In this document: one piece after another, positions 30,967-40,281 of the stretch
How positions within the stretch are numbered: the first letter of the stretch is position 1
Layout of the letters: every line of letters begins with the position of its first letter
Assembly: GCA_047284725.1 (NCBI GenBank)
Contig: JBJBEO010000001.1
Span: 736,001 to 800,000 of the forward strand
DNA length: 64,000 nt
Source: Synechococcus sp.
Lineage (GTDB): Bacteria > Cyanobacteriota > Cyanobacteriia > PCC-6307 > Cyanobiaceae
Direction of reading: 5' to 3'
Program-made: the position numbers and the translations under genes
The notes under the pieces: model-generated
The model's database searches: none
Told to the model about the DNA's origin: nothing
Seen by the model: only the letters and a program-made list of their open reading frames with translations

Positions 30967-32235
30967 ATGCCTGCCCAGAAGTGGGAAAAGACCCTTCGTC
31001 AGCAGATCAGGGACAACCACGGCAATGGTTGGAACGTCATTGCTCAGAGCGGCAAGACCAAGCTCACTCGCCGGTATGAAGACGGCAGCAAAAGCGCCAA
31101 GGTGCTTCCAATCGAATGGAAAGCAACCAACAGCGTCGAGATCCTCAATGCCGTCACAAGGTGCCGTGAGCTTTGTGAAAGCAGGAACATCAGCCTTGCT
31201 GAGGCAGTCCGTTTGGACACAGAGACGCTTTCTGTCCCTGATGACCACAACGGCACTGCCAACCAAGGTTGGCCAGCTGTTGTTGAGGAGTACCTAGCCA
31301 CCAAGCAAGGTCGCCGCAGCACGACGCTTGCTGACCTCAGAACACGTCTGAAGCGTGTTTTGAGGTGTATGGAAAGCAGACCAAAGCCACGCGATTCAAG
31401 GGCGCTTCTTAAGCGGTTTGCGGAACTGCACTTCACCGACATGGCACCAGGTGGCCAGGGTCGAAAACGGAACCTTGGTGATGCCTGCGCCTTTTTGACT
31501 TACGCAGTCAACAAAGCTGGTGCGCCACAGCGTTGGTTGCCGCCAGAAAAGGCGTTCATCAATGAGCTGATCGGTGTTGCCGCTACATCTACAGAGGAAC
31601 GCTTAACGCCTCCCGTAAAACCTGCAGACCTTGCTGCGTTGCTTGATCAAATGGAAGCCGATGGTCGTCATGACCTTCGACTTGCTGTTGGTCTTGTCGC
31701 GCTGTTTGGTCTTCGACCAGCTGAGCTGGCCGTGTTGAAAGTCAAGGGCGACAAGCTCTATTGCGGCCACGTCAAACGCAATGCAGCAACGCTGGCGCAG
31801 AAAGCAAAGCCACCTAGACGTTGCTTGCCATTGGACATCGCTGGCCGTGAAGGCGAAGGCAAGCGTCTACTGCAGCTGTATTCATCCGGGTTGGTGAAGT
31901 TGCCTGCAGCTGTGTTGAACGAAATCAGCAAGGTCGACTCCAAAGGGACTTTTCAGGAAGTCGGCCATGCGTTTGGTCAGCTGCTGAAGCGTTATGAGCC
32001 TTGGAAAAATTTGGTTCGTGCGAATGAAGGCGTTACGCCTTATTCGTTGAGGCATTCATGGGCATGGCGCTGCCACGTTTGCTCAAATAATGCTTTGCAC
32101 GTTCGGCAAGCAGCTGCGCTTATGGGTCATACCGTCGCAGTTCATCTGAAGAATTACGGCACGTGGGTTGATGAAGCCAGTCTGGAAGCGGCTGTTGAGC
32201 GATACAACGAAGGTTTGGTCCCTGTTAATCAGTGA
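30967..32235 (+). CDS. Tyrosine recombinase/integrase
   Basis: FGLRPAEL (R), YSLRHSWA (xxRH), MGHT...Y catalytic residues; adjacent to tRNA. Confidence 0.92.
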   Translation: MPAQKWEKTLRQQIRDNHGNGWNVIAQSGKTKLTRRYEDGSKSAKVLPIEWKATNSVEILNAVTRCRELCESRNISLAEAVRLDTETLSVPDDHNGTANQGWPAVVEEYLATKQGRRSTTLADLRTRLKRVLRCMESRPKPRDSRALLKRFAELHFTDMAPGGQGRKRNLGDACAFLTYAVNKAGAPQRWLPPEKAFINELIGVAATSTEERLTPPVKPADLAALLDQMEADGRHDLRLAVGLVALFGLRPAELAVLKVKGDKLYCGHVKRNAATLAQKAKPPRRCLPLDIAGREGEGKRLLQLYSSGLVKLPAAVLNEISKVDSKGTFQEVGHAFGQLLKRYEPWKNLVRANEGVTPYSLRHSWAWRCHVCSNNALHVRQAAALMGHTVAVHLKNYGTWVDEASLEAAVERYNEGLVPVNQ

Positions 32236-32416
32236 AGCTGAGAAATGGCATACCGCTATTTGTCAACGTGTCACGCCGCTTTGCTGAAGCGTGCTGTGGT
32301 TGGCCGTCGCAGATCGTCTTGTTATATTCTCAGTATCACATCTCACGGACAACGTCACAGTGATCCTGTGACCCCGTGAACAGCTTTTCCCAAGGCTGGA
32401 CCGATTCGCTTCTACG

Positions 32417-32755
32417 TTGCGTCTAACGGGGTGGAACTTCAATCGTTCATCCTTTGCTCTGTCAATGAGTCGAACTGCGTCGAAACTGAAAAAAGCTCGG
32501 GGAAAGCAAGCCAGGCAGGTTAACGGTCACGATGTTGACTTCCGTTACCCAGCAGGGGGTTTAGACGCTGAAGAGATTGGCCAAAATCTGTTGAAGCTCA
32601 AGGAACAGCACGGTGATCCTGTCTTTGATTTCAGCAATTACAAGCCATACGTCCGGCTGATTGCGCAGTGCATGGGGCTTAAACAGGAAGGTCTCCCGTG
32701 TTGTTACGGACCCCAGATGCCGCAAAGCATCTCCAAGTCAGTGAAAGCTACCTAA
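32417..32755 (+). CDS. Hypothetical protein of the element core module (likely start at 32465)
   Basis: ORF between integrase and excisionase on the same strand. Confidence 0.45.
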   Translation: MRLTGWNFNRSSFALSMSRTASKLKKARGKQARQVNGHDVDFRYPAGGLDAEEIGQNLLKLKEQHGDPVFDFSNYKPYVRLIAQCMGLKQEGLPCCYGPQMPQSISKSVKAT

Positions 32756-32925
32756 AGCGTCTCAGAGATTCCCACGGCGGCTTTTTAGTCGGCGGGGAAC
32801 ATTACTTCTTGGGTGCGAGTTCTAACGCCAGCATCCGCTGGGACGTTGATCTCATCCAGAAAGAACTCCATAAGCGTGGTCGCATCCAACGCGAAGCAGT
32901 CCAACTGCTTAAGGAGTTGGTCTGA
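32698..32925 (+). CDS. Excisionase-like HTH protein
   Basis: LRTPDAAKHLQVSESYLKRLR HTH followed by GEHYF...IRWDV. Confidence 0.75.
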   Translation: MLLRTPDAAKHLQVSESYLKRLRDSHGGFLVGGEHYFLGASSNASIRWDVDLIQKELHKRGRIQREAVQLLKELV

Positions 32926-32966
32926 TGACTTCTTGCACCGTCGGAGAAATTAACAAAGCATAAAAA

Positions 32967-33677
32967 ATGACTGCCCAAAAATTGAGCAGCCAAGAGGCCC
33001 GTGTTCCCTCAAGGCTAAGTGAAACCCTGCTAGGTAGGCAGGGTGTCAGTGCACCCAAATCAACTGATACAACTAGTAGGTCTAGACCTACAAAACCGCG
33101 TTTAGGTCAGTTTTTAGAGCAGAAGCTGACCAGATCAGGACGTAAGACCCCATGCGCTTGTGGTCGCGTCAAAGACGGTGACTGCCGCTTCAGCGACAAC
33201 ACACTGTTCTGCCACAACAGCCCGCTGCAGGACCAATTCCGGTGGCGTGGTCAAACGTGGTTCTTGCATCGCACCAACTGCGGCCATACGGGCGCTTGCA
33301 ACCTCTACAAGCCATGGCCGCCAGCAGATCAACGCCGTTGCCATAGGCCATCGGCAAAACGCCATGTCAGCACTAGATGGCGACGGCTCTTGCCTCAGTT
33401 CATTTCTGAATGGCGGGAGGCAATGGCGTGCCCTGAATTTGAACTGTGCAGTCCCGATGAGCTGCGCCACTACTTCAAGGCCATTTACCGGGCGGAATAC
33501 AAGGGCGAACAGCTGTTGCCGCTGTTGGTTGATGCCGCCAGGCACAACCCCCAATACCGGCAGTTTGTCATCGCTGTGCAGCACAAGCTCAAGACCTTGC
33601 GATACCAACGCCGTGACGTTGATTGCTTCCGCAAAAACGATCTCGGCTGTCCTGAACTCAACGGGTGGCTGTCATGA
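32967..33677 (+). CDS. Cys-rich protein, possible primase-type zinc-binding domain
   Basis: PCACGRVKDGDCR...LFCH motif; coupled to the AAA gene. Confidence 0.55.
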   Translation: MTAQKLSSQEARVPSRLSETLLGRQGVSAPKSTDTTSRSRPTKPRLGQFLEQKLTRSGRKTPCACGRVKDGDCRFSDNTLFCHNSPLQDQFRWRGQTWFLHRTNCGHTGACNLYKPWPPADQRRCHRPSAKRHVSTRWRRLLPQFISEWREAMACPEFELCSPDELRHYFKAIYRAEYKGEQLLPLLVDAARHNPQYRQFVIAVQHKLKTLRYQRRDVDCFRKNDLGCPELNGWLS

Positions 33678-34693
33678 GCGAATACGACTTCAACCCTCTT
33701 GATGACCTGATTGACAAAGGTGCTCAGGGGTGTGTGCACGAACTAGGAAAAATCTGGCGAGTGTTCCTGATTGCTGTCAGCGGCATTGTTCTGCTGGCCG
33801 CTGAACGTGGCACCGGCAAGACCACGTTCGTTAATCGGTTCCTTGAGGCGATCCAAGAAGGCTTTGACTTCCTAGGTGCGTTCAAGGTCACCAAGGGCAG
33901 GTGCCTGTTGATCCAAGGTGATGAGCCCAAAGAGCATGCTCAAGCCGTCTACAGGCAGCAAGAACTAAAGCAGAACTGGGATGTCATCTACCCGAAGGAG
34001 CCATTCCCAGTTGAATTGCTCCTGAAGGCCATTGAGTCAAAGCAGTACGACGCAATCTGCATCGACTCTTTGACCACTGTTCTATGCAGTGAGAGCAGGC
34101 GGACGGTTGATTCAGAACTGGTCGACCTGCTTTACGAGTTGAACAAGGCGGCAGTTGATGCTGGCGTCTTGATCCTTATGACTGCCCACCTCATCAAGGC
34201 TCCAAAAGACGGCAATGGCGTTCGGCAGCGCCGCCAAACAGTTCAGTGGGATGACATCGCTGGCCTTGGAACCATCAGTGCAGCAGTTCAAGACTGCTGG
34301 GGTTTAGCTCCAGCAGGTCAGTACTTCAGCCTGCATGCCCTGGGCAAACGGAACATCAAAGAGGGCACCAAATGGTTGCTGGATCGTGAGGCTGAATCCT
34401 TTGACTGGTGGTTGATTGACGATCAAGACCAGCAGCTACCCGAGGAACGACAACTGCTTTCAGATCAGATCCTGAGCCATGTCAAACAACATGGCTACTG
34501 CTCGATTGCTGACCTCACTAAGGCCACTAGAGCTGATGCGGAATACATCCGCGTTTGCTGTGTTGACCTGTTCACGCAGGGCAAGCTGCAGCGCCACAAG
34601 AGGAAGTCAAATGAGGATCCCCCAAAGCGGGGCAGACCTGCCTTCCTATACGGCGTTGGTGATTTTTCCTGTATTACGCACACAGGCCCCTGA
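33665..34693 (+). CDS. RecA-like AAA ATPase (RepA/helicase-like) with C-terminal wHTH
   Basis: Walker A AERGTGKT, Walker B ICIDS, LMTAH; C-terminal RGRPAFLY wing. Confidence 0.8.
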   Translation: MAVMSEYDFNPLDDLIDKGAQGCVHELGKIWRVFLIAVSGIVLLAAERGTGKTTFVNRFLEAIQEGFDFLGAFKVTKGRCLLIQGDEPKEHAQAVYRQQELKQNWDVIYPKEPFPVELLLKAIESKQYDAICIDSLTTVLCSESRRTVDSELVDLLYELNKAAVDAGVLILMTAHLIKAPKDGNGVRQRRQTVQWDDIAGLGTISAAVQDCWGLAPAGQYFSLHALGKRNIKEGTKWLLDREAESFDWWLIDDQDQQLPEERQLLSDQILSHVKQHGYCSIADLTKATRADAEYIRVCCVDLFTQGKLQRHKRKSNEDPPKRGRPAFLYGVGDFSCITHTGP

Positions 34694-34758
34694 ACGACTG
34701 TTCCGTACATCGGTGGTGAAGACGATCCGGCATGGGGTCCACGTCCGGAGGTCATCTA

Positions 34759-35073
34759 ATGGCCAGGCGTACCAAAGCTGAAATCGATCACATCAAGCTC
34801 TCCATCTACAGGCTATGTGAGCGGTATCGCCCCATGACCGTGCGGCAGTTGTTTTATGCACTGACCGTTGAACAGGTCATCCCCAAAACTGAGGGTGGCT
34901 ACAAGAACATCGTTTGCCGCCTCACTAAAGAGATGCGGCTTGCTGGTGAGCTGCCTTGGCACTGGCTTGCTGACCACACCCGTTGGATGCGTAAGCCAGA
35001 CACCTACGGCAGTCTTCATGACTGCTTGGAACAAGCTCAGCTCGCTTACAGACGGGCTGCTGCCATGACTTAA
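34759..35073 (+). pseudogene. Probably truncated Topo VI-A/Toprim-associated protein (N-terminal part only)
   Basis: GGAGGT SD; MTVRQLFYAL...Y...RLAGELPWHWLADHTR motif; stops just after YRR. Confidence 0.6.
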
Positions 35074-35296
35074 GAGATCAAGAGCAACTGCTACGCGGTC
35101 GTTAGGGCGCGAATTCATCGCTCACCTCCGAGCACCACAGATGGAGCCATAGCTCGCGTTGAGTAAGGACCAAGCCGACCGCAAGTAGTGGCACTAATAC
35201 AGAGATGCCTCCCGGATCGATTTCCGCAGTACGACAAAGAGCGCGGGCAGCGTGCTGTAAGCATGTATCACCTAAGCCGCCTATCGGTTGCTATCT

Positions 35297-36331
35297 CTAA
35301 TGATAGCGAAGGTGATTATTCTCGTAATTCTTCTGAAGCTGCGTGAGCCTTACGGTCAGGCTGTTGAATCGCTCCATTGCGCGGTTGTTTGACGAGTCAA
35401 ATAGATCACCTCTGATTTCTGAGCTGTACTGCAAGAAATGCTTTGGCTCACATCCATTTCGACCTTGCCAGCTATGAAAGTCACTATGGATCGAAGATTC
35501 GATAACAAGAATATTGTCATGAAAGTCAGCAAGGTCAGGGCGATTCGATTTATCAAACAAATGATGCCCATCCAGGCTCAGCTCCCGACCACGGGCTTTC
35601 TTTTTCCCCGTGACTTGGCAAGTATCCCTCGCCGCACGCTTCGCTTTCGCGACTGCCTTGTCGATTCGCAGTGGCGCAGCCTCAAGTCTCTTGATTTCTG
35701 TTTTAAAGCAATCCTCAACCACCTCCCCAACGGCACCCACCCAGGCTTTTCTCGCTTTGGTAATGCTTGAGTTGTGGCTCATGTCTACAGCCATACTGGC
35801 GAGACCTTTTTGGCTCCAGATCTTTTCCCCCTCGTCGCTGAGTAGAAAGTGTTTTTCTATCTCAAGCCCTTCTTCCCCATCAAGCAACCCTGTGTGACAG
35901 AGTCTTTCGATTGAGTTATTGATGCCTCGTCCATTTGTCTGCAGAATATTGATGCAGGTCTTTCTACTGACAAATCCTAATTCTCCGCGAACTGCAAGCA
36001 ACGAGCCTGTCTCAATCAGCTCTTGAGTAATGCGCCTTGAGACAAGCATTTGCTTGCGACGGCGACGACGATGCGTCAAAGCCTCTGCAACTAGCTTGAT
36101 TAACCCTGGCGTATTTCGGTCAAAGTATTCAGCCAGTGCTTCCACGCCTTCTTCGTAAAACCGGCGCTCGCGATACTCCCCTGAACGCGTGGTGAACTCA
36201 AAGTGCTCTCCTTCGTTTAGCTCCCACTCGTCTTTGTCATCAGAATCAAAGAAATCGATGGTCTTGTAAAGCGTATCGATTCGCTTCCCAAGAATCTTGG
36301 CGGTTTCCTTGTCGGTCAATAGGTCGCGCAT
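35297..36331 (-). CDS. HNH endonuclease domain protein with duplicated N-terminal DNA-binding-like modules
   Basis: CQVTG...LDGHHLF...DNILVI...IHSDFH; strong AGGAGGT SD. Confidence 0.7.
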   Translation of the reverse strand: MRDLLTDKETAKILGKRIDTLYKTIDFFDSDDKDEWELNEGEHFEFTTRSGEYRERRFYEEGVEALAEYFDRNTPGLIKLVAEALTHRRRRRKQMLVSRRITQELIETGSLLAVRGELGFVSRKTCINILQTNGRGINNSIERLCHTGLLDGEEGLEIEKHFLLSDEGEKIWSQKGLASMAVDMSHNSSITKARKAWVGAVGEVVEDCFKTEIKRLEAAPLRIDKAVAKAKRAARDTCQVTGKKKARGRELSLDGHHLFDKSNRPDLADFHDNILVIESSIHSDFHSWQGRNGCEPKHFLQYSSEIRGDLFDSSNNRAMERFNSLTVRLTQLQKNYENNHLRYH

Positions 36332-36343
36332 GGAATTACCTCC

Positions 36344-36946
36344 TCAATTCATTAATGCAAGGACTGAATCACGCATCTTCTGAAGCCTCGCGAAGACTCT
36401 TGGATCCCCTCCCGCATCAGGATGGTGCACCTTGACTAGATCCCTAAAAGAAGCTTTCACGTCTTCGGCTGTTGCCTTCTTAGGGTCTAGACCAAAGACA
36501 TGCCAAGGGCGGAAGTTTTCGAGGACGTCGATGCCGTTTATGCATGTTGGACCGCTCTTGTTCCTTTCATCCTCTGGAACGGCGACCCACCTTCTATAGA
36601 GTTTTATCCAGTCATCCTTGGTCTTAAGACTGAATTCTTCGCCAGTCATCGACATCATAAAGGTCTTATTATTTCTCAGCTCTGTCGCGTTCTTGCAGTC
36701 AAACTTGTCAAGAACTGCCTTTTTGGCTGTGGTCATAGTCATTGCTTTTGCCTTTGGTTTCGGCGGTTCTTTGAAGGCAGACCCATTAACTCTCTCGGCA
36801 AATGCGAGCAATGCATTATGAGTTATCGATCCCGATTGAAGCAGGTCTTGAATCAGAAGCTCCACTTCTGGCTTGGTCAGCTTTTTGGCTCGTGCTGCAG
36901 CCACAGGGAACTCCACGCTTACTCCTAAGGTAAAAAAAGAAGGCAT
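36344..36946 (-). CDS. Protein with C-terminal J-domain
   Basis: PWHVFGL...DVKASFRDLVKVHHPDAGGD (HPD motif). Confidence 0.85.
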   Translation of the reverse strand: MPSFFTLGVSVEFPVAAARAKKLTKPEVELLIQDLLQSGSITHNALLAFAERVNGSAFKEPPKPKAKAMTMTTAKKAVLDKFDCKNATELRNNKTFMMSMTGEEFSLKTKDDWIKLYRRWVAVPEDERNKSGPTCINGIDVLENFRPWHVFGLDPKKATAEDVKASFRDLVKVHHPDAGGDPRVFARLQKMRDSVLALMN

Positions 36947-37168
36947 TAGAGCTGAGCAGCTTTAGATTGATCTAATTTTTTTTGTTACATCAACCCAACG
37001 TCCTGGCGAGTCCAATATCCATCACGACCTCTATTTACGACATGCCTAATTCAATCAAGCAAAGCCATTGGTCGCCTAACAGACAATCAAGCCTAGATGG
37101 TATTAGTAGCAATAACGATTACGCGATACCAGCTCTCGGCTTGACGTAATTACCGTTACGGCAAGTGC

Positions 37169-37209
37169 TCAGCGCCGCCAGCTGAATGGTGTTGATGACG
37201 CACTCAGCC
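37169..37209 (-). pseudogene. 3'-end remnant 1 of terS-like gene
   Basis: Encodes (G)LSASSTPFSWRR-stop versus GLSTTSTPRGWRR-stop in the full copy at 51911. Confidence 0.65.
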
Positions 37210-37704
37210 TTTCAACTTCTGATCCTCTGACACATTTGACTGCAGCGCCATCAATCGTCTCACGCTCACAACCCGCTGGCCATTGCTCTGGATCCGTCCT
37301 GCAGCAACCCAAACCGGTGCAGCTGGACCGTTGTAAACCTCGCTCGCGCTGCCATCGCCATTGATCCGCAGCACCAACAGATGATCAGATTCTGGCTCCC
37401 TCCCACGCAGGAAGATCTTATTCCCCTCAACTGTGGCTTTGATTTCTACTGACCGGTCGGTGGCCTTGTGGTGAGCATCGATGCCCTTAGTGCTGGCCGT
37501 GGTCAGTTCCAAGCCATATCGAGCTGCAGCGACGGCCTCGCCAATACTTCCCACTAGATGACCATCCGGGGTGAAGTGACGACCAGGTGCTGCAGCCTCA
37601 AGGGCCTTGATGATCTTGAACAGCTCTGGCACCAACCGCAGCACTTCTCTTGCGTCAATTGGAGCCATCAGAAAGCCTCTGCAGTGGTCTTCAACATCCC
37701 TCAC
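37204..37704 (-). CDS. PD-(D/E)XK nuclease-like protein (DUF6998-like)
   Basis: FTPDGHLVGSIGE...GIDA...VEIKAT. Confidence 0.7.
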   Translation of the reverse strand: MRDVEDHCRGFLMAPIDAREVLRLVPELFKIIKALEAAAPGRHFTPDGHLVGSIGEAVAAARYGLELTTASTKGIDAHHKATDRSVEIKATVEGNKIFLRGREPESDHLLVLRINGDGSASEVYNGPAAPVWVAAGRIQSNGQRVVSVRRLMALQSNVSEDQKLKG

Positions 37705-37897
37705 ACCTGGATAGCCGCAATGCCCTCAACTCCGAGGCACGTATTTACGGAACGGGTGGCTTGGCTTGTCCGCATGCCTGCCGCGCTCGCAAGCAATCAA
37801 ATCAAGTCAGAAAAGTGAGCGCATCAGAACAAATAGCAGCCTTTTCAATTCTACAACCTCAGCAAAGACATGCGGAATTAAAAGGTTTACGATCTAA

Positions 37898-38806
37898 TTA
37901 AACTAAAATGGTCTTCATTTTCGCCTCAACGGAGTCAACCAAAGAGGCAATTCGACCTATAAGCTCAAAACAATCTCCAGCAGTCAAATTAATTGGTTTT
38001 CCTTGCTTGTCAAAGCCAGCCCTATGGACACAATCATTGCGAATATCGAGACTGCGGAACCAACTCCCTCTCTCCTTGTGTTCGCCATACACATTGATAT
38101 GAGCAACAGCAGAAAACATCTTGTCAATTTTGTCAATACGATGAAAAACTATACCTTCTAAAGCCTTATCCACCCTACCCGGGATGAGCACCTTTTTCTT
38201 GTATTCATCCTGAAGCCTCTTCAGGCTTAGCTCATCAGCCTTGCCACTTAACACCATATCGACACACTCTTTTTGCATGCCATCATTTACATAGCCTCCT
38301 TGATGAAGAGCAAGCTTCACCTTTGCTTCATCGTTAGACAACACATAATGCTTGAAAACAGATTCCAAATAACCCTCTAATATCGCAAAAGCCGAAACAA
38401 AACAGCTGCGGAAAAGAGCCTGCTGAAGCTCCGCATTTCTGGACAGAGGCGAATTATCACGCAGACCAAGCAAATCCTTTACCGAATCCAGCTGCTTCAA
38501 CACGTCTAAACGGCGAGGAGAATTATCACGAAACCAATCAACATCATCATCCCAAGGCTCACACCATTCAATGTCATCTTGATCGACTCCCGGGATGGAG
38601 CAGTAAAGATGATAATAGTCATTGCATATTTCTATAGCAAACTCTCGACCACAGTCAGGACAAAGAAGAGAATCCTCGGAATAGCTTTGAGAATCTTGCA
38701 GCTTTTCCGCAGAGAAGTTAGGAGAGGGAACATCGAGAGAACCCTGAATTAGAGAGTTGCAACTCGCACAATGAAAATGAATGGTGGAACGCAAGCTCAA
38801 GAACAA
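37898..38806 (-). CDS. Zn-ribbon plus HEPN domain protein (putative RNase)
   Basis: CASC and CPDC pairs; ILEGYL and RNDCVH (RxxxxH). Confidence 0.7.
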   Translation of the reverse strand: MFLSLRSTIHFHCASCNSLIQGSLDVPSPNFSAEKLQDSQSYSEDSLLCPDCGREFAIEICNDYYHLYCSIPGVDQDDIEWCEPWDDDVDWFRDNSPRRLDVLKQLDSVKDLLGLRDNSPLSRNAELQQALFRSCFVSAFAILEGYLESVFKHYVLSNDEAKVKLALHQGGYVNDGMQKECVDMVLSGKADELSLKRLQDEYKKKVLIPGRVDKALEGIVFHRIDKIDKMFSAVAHINVYGEHKERGSWFRSLDIRNDCVHRAGFDKQGKPINLTAGDCFELIGRIASLVDSVEAKMKTILV

Positions 38807-38843
38807 TCCCCCCTAATTCACTGCAATAAAACATTCAAGACAA

Positions 38844-39524
38844 TCAATCAATTGACCCAAGACGGGCCCGCTCTTTAGAGGCCATACCAGGATTTAACTC
38901 TGCCCACTTCTTCATTCCAGGATTGGCATCCAAATACGCGTCATAGCTACATCCATAAGATTTAATCCTAAAGTCACATTTTGGACCCTCTCTACGCTCT
39001 CGTGCCGCTATCTCTGAAGGACTCTCCCACCCTGCAGGCGGTTTTTGACATGTGCTGTTGTAACCAACTTCGGGCTCCCCGGGAGGGCATTCAGGATTAA
39101 TAGAGGCTCTCGCATTTCCTTGTAATTGCATCACACCAGCTCCATACCAAAAAGATCCCTTGCAGCCCCAATCGGCCTTGCCAGCAACACGCTGATCGTG
39201 CCCAGTGTCAAAACCCAGCCCTGTTGCAGTGTTGTAGACACACCTGACTTCCATGCAATTTCCGCCACCAACGTAAGCGAAGCCTGACGGGCACTGATTG
39301 CCTTCTGCTAAATCAGCACCCTGAGAATGAATTTCTCGGATAGTAGTCGTATTAGCATTTCCCTTCATAGCCCTTACACATCCGGCATAATCTTTTGCCT
39401 CAATGCAAAGTTTATGGATTTTTGGGTCAACCTGAGCATAAGCAGGTATCCCAAAGCACATGATTTGGATAAAGAGAATGACTCGCTTCATCGACAGGGC
39501 CAAGTTCTGACTTGCATCCTCCAT
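38844..39524 (-). CDS. Secreted Cys-rich hypothetical protein
   Basis: Signal peptide; HKLCIEAKDYAGCV; multiple Cys. Confidence 0.7.
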   Translation of the reverse strand: MEDASQNLALSMKRVILFIQIMCFGIPAYAQVDPKIHKLCIEAKDYAGCVRAMKGNANTTTIREIHSQGADLAEGNQCPSGFAYVGGGNCMEVRCVYNTATGLGFDTGHDQRVAGKADWGCKGSFWYGAGVMQLQGNARASINPECPPGEPEVGYNSTCQKPPAGWESPSEIAARERREGPKCDFRIKSYGCSYDAYLDANPGMKKWAELNPGMASKERARLGSID

Positions 39525-39554
39525 TATGTTCCCAGGAGCTCTGCCGAAAAGTAT

Positions 39555-39723
39555 TCAGCGCCGCCGCCCCCGTGGCGTTGCCGTCGTGCTCAGCCCACAC
39601 AGGATCGACAGTTCTCTGATGGCACCGACGACAGCGGCAGGCTGCCCACGCTTTGCAGCATCACCCGCCGTCTTTTCAGTATCTGAATCGACAAGCGATC
39701 AAGTCCTAGTGATCAAACGGCTG
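39555..39723 (-). pseudogene. 3'-end remnant 2 of terS-like gene (frameshifted)
   Basis: TAGDAAKRGQPAAVVGAIRELSILCGLSTTATPRGRRR-stop. Confidence 0.85.
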
Positions 39724-40101
39724 CTCCCCCTAGCGGCAATGCTGCTTGCCAGTTGCACTGCTGCTGCTGGCCCGTACCCCGAGGTGCAGATTGCTCGTTG
39801 CTACGACGGCGATACCTGCACCAGCACCACCGGAGAGAAGATCCGGCTGGCGTGCATCGACACGCCAGAGCTACAAGGGCGAAATGCTGATCCAATTCCA
39901 GCGAAAGCTGCACGGGACTATCTGCGTGGCTACCTGAAAGGGAAGACCATCACCATCCGCCGCATCGATACCGATCGCTATGGCCGCACCGTGGCGGAGC
40001 TGTTTGCGGACGGGGTGAATGTCCAGCAACAGTTGGATGCGAGCGGGCATGCAGAGGTCTACCACCGTTACGCCAAACAGTGCCCATGGACAAATCACTG
40101 A
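39709..40101 (+). CDS. Thermonuclease (SNase-like) lipoprotein
   Basis: Lipobox LASC; YDGDT, IRLACIDTPE, DRYGRTVA. Confidence 0.88.
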   Translation: MIKRLLPLAAMLLASCTAAAGPYPEVQIARCYDGDTCTSTTGEKIRLACIDTPELQGRNADPIPAKAARDYLRGYLKGKTITIRRIDTDRYGRTVAELFADGVNVQQQLDASGHAEVYHRYAKQCPWTNH

Positions 40102-40281
40102 TCCGCACCACACTCGCTGCCATCGCATCCACGGCTGCGCTCCTTGCAGTCAGCGAACCGATGGATCCACCAGTGGCCCAGGCCGACACCGTGAGAGGAG
40201 GGCTCTGCTAGCTGCTATGACTTGAAACATCTGGCCTCTTCGGTGAAAAAGATTTATTTTGTATATAGCGGTCACTCCAAA

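Noticed and set aside
39526..39708. N-terminal extension of the thermonuclease ORF
   Set aside because: It is the antisense of terS-like remnant 2; the lipoprotein signal begins at about 39709
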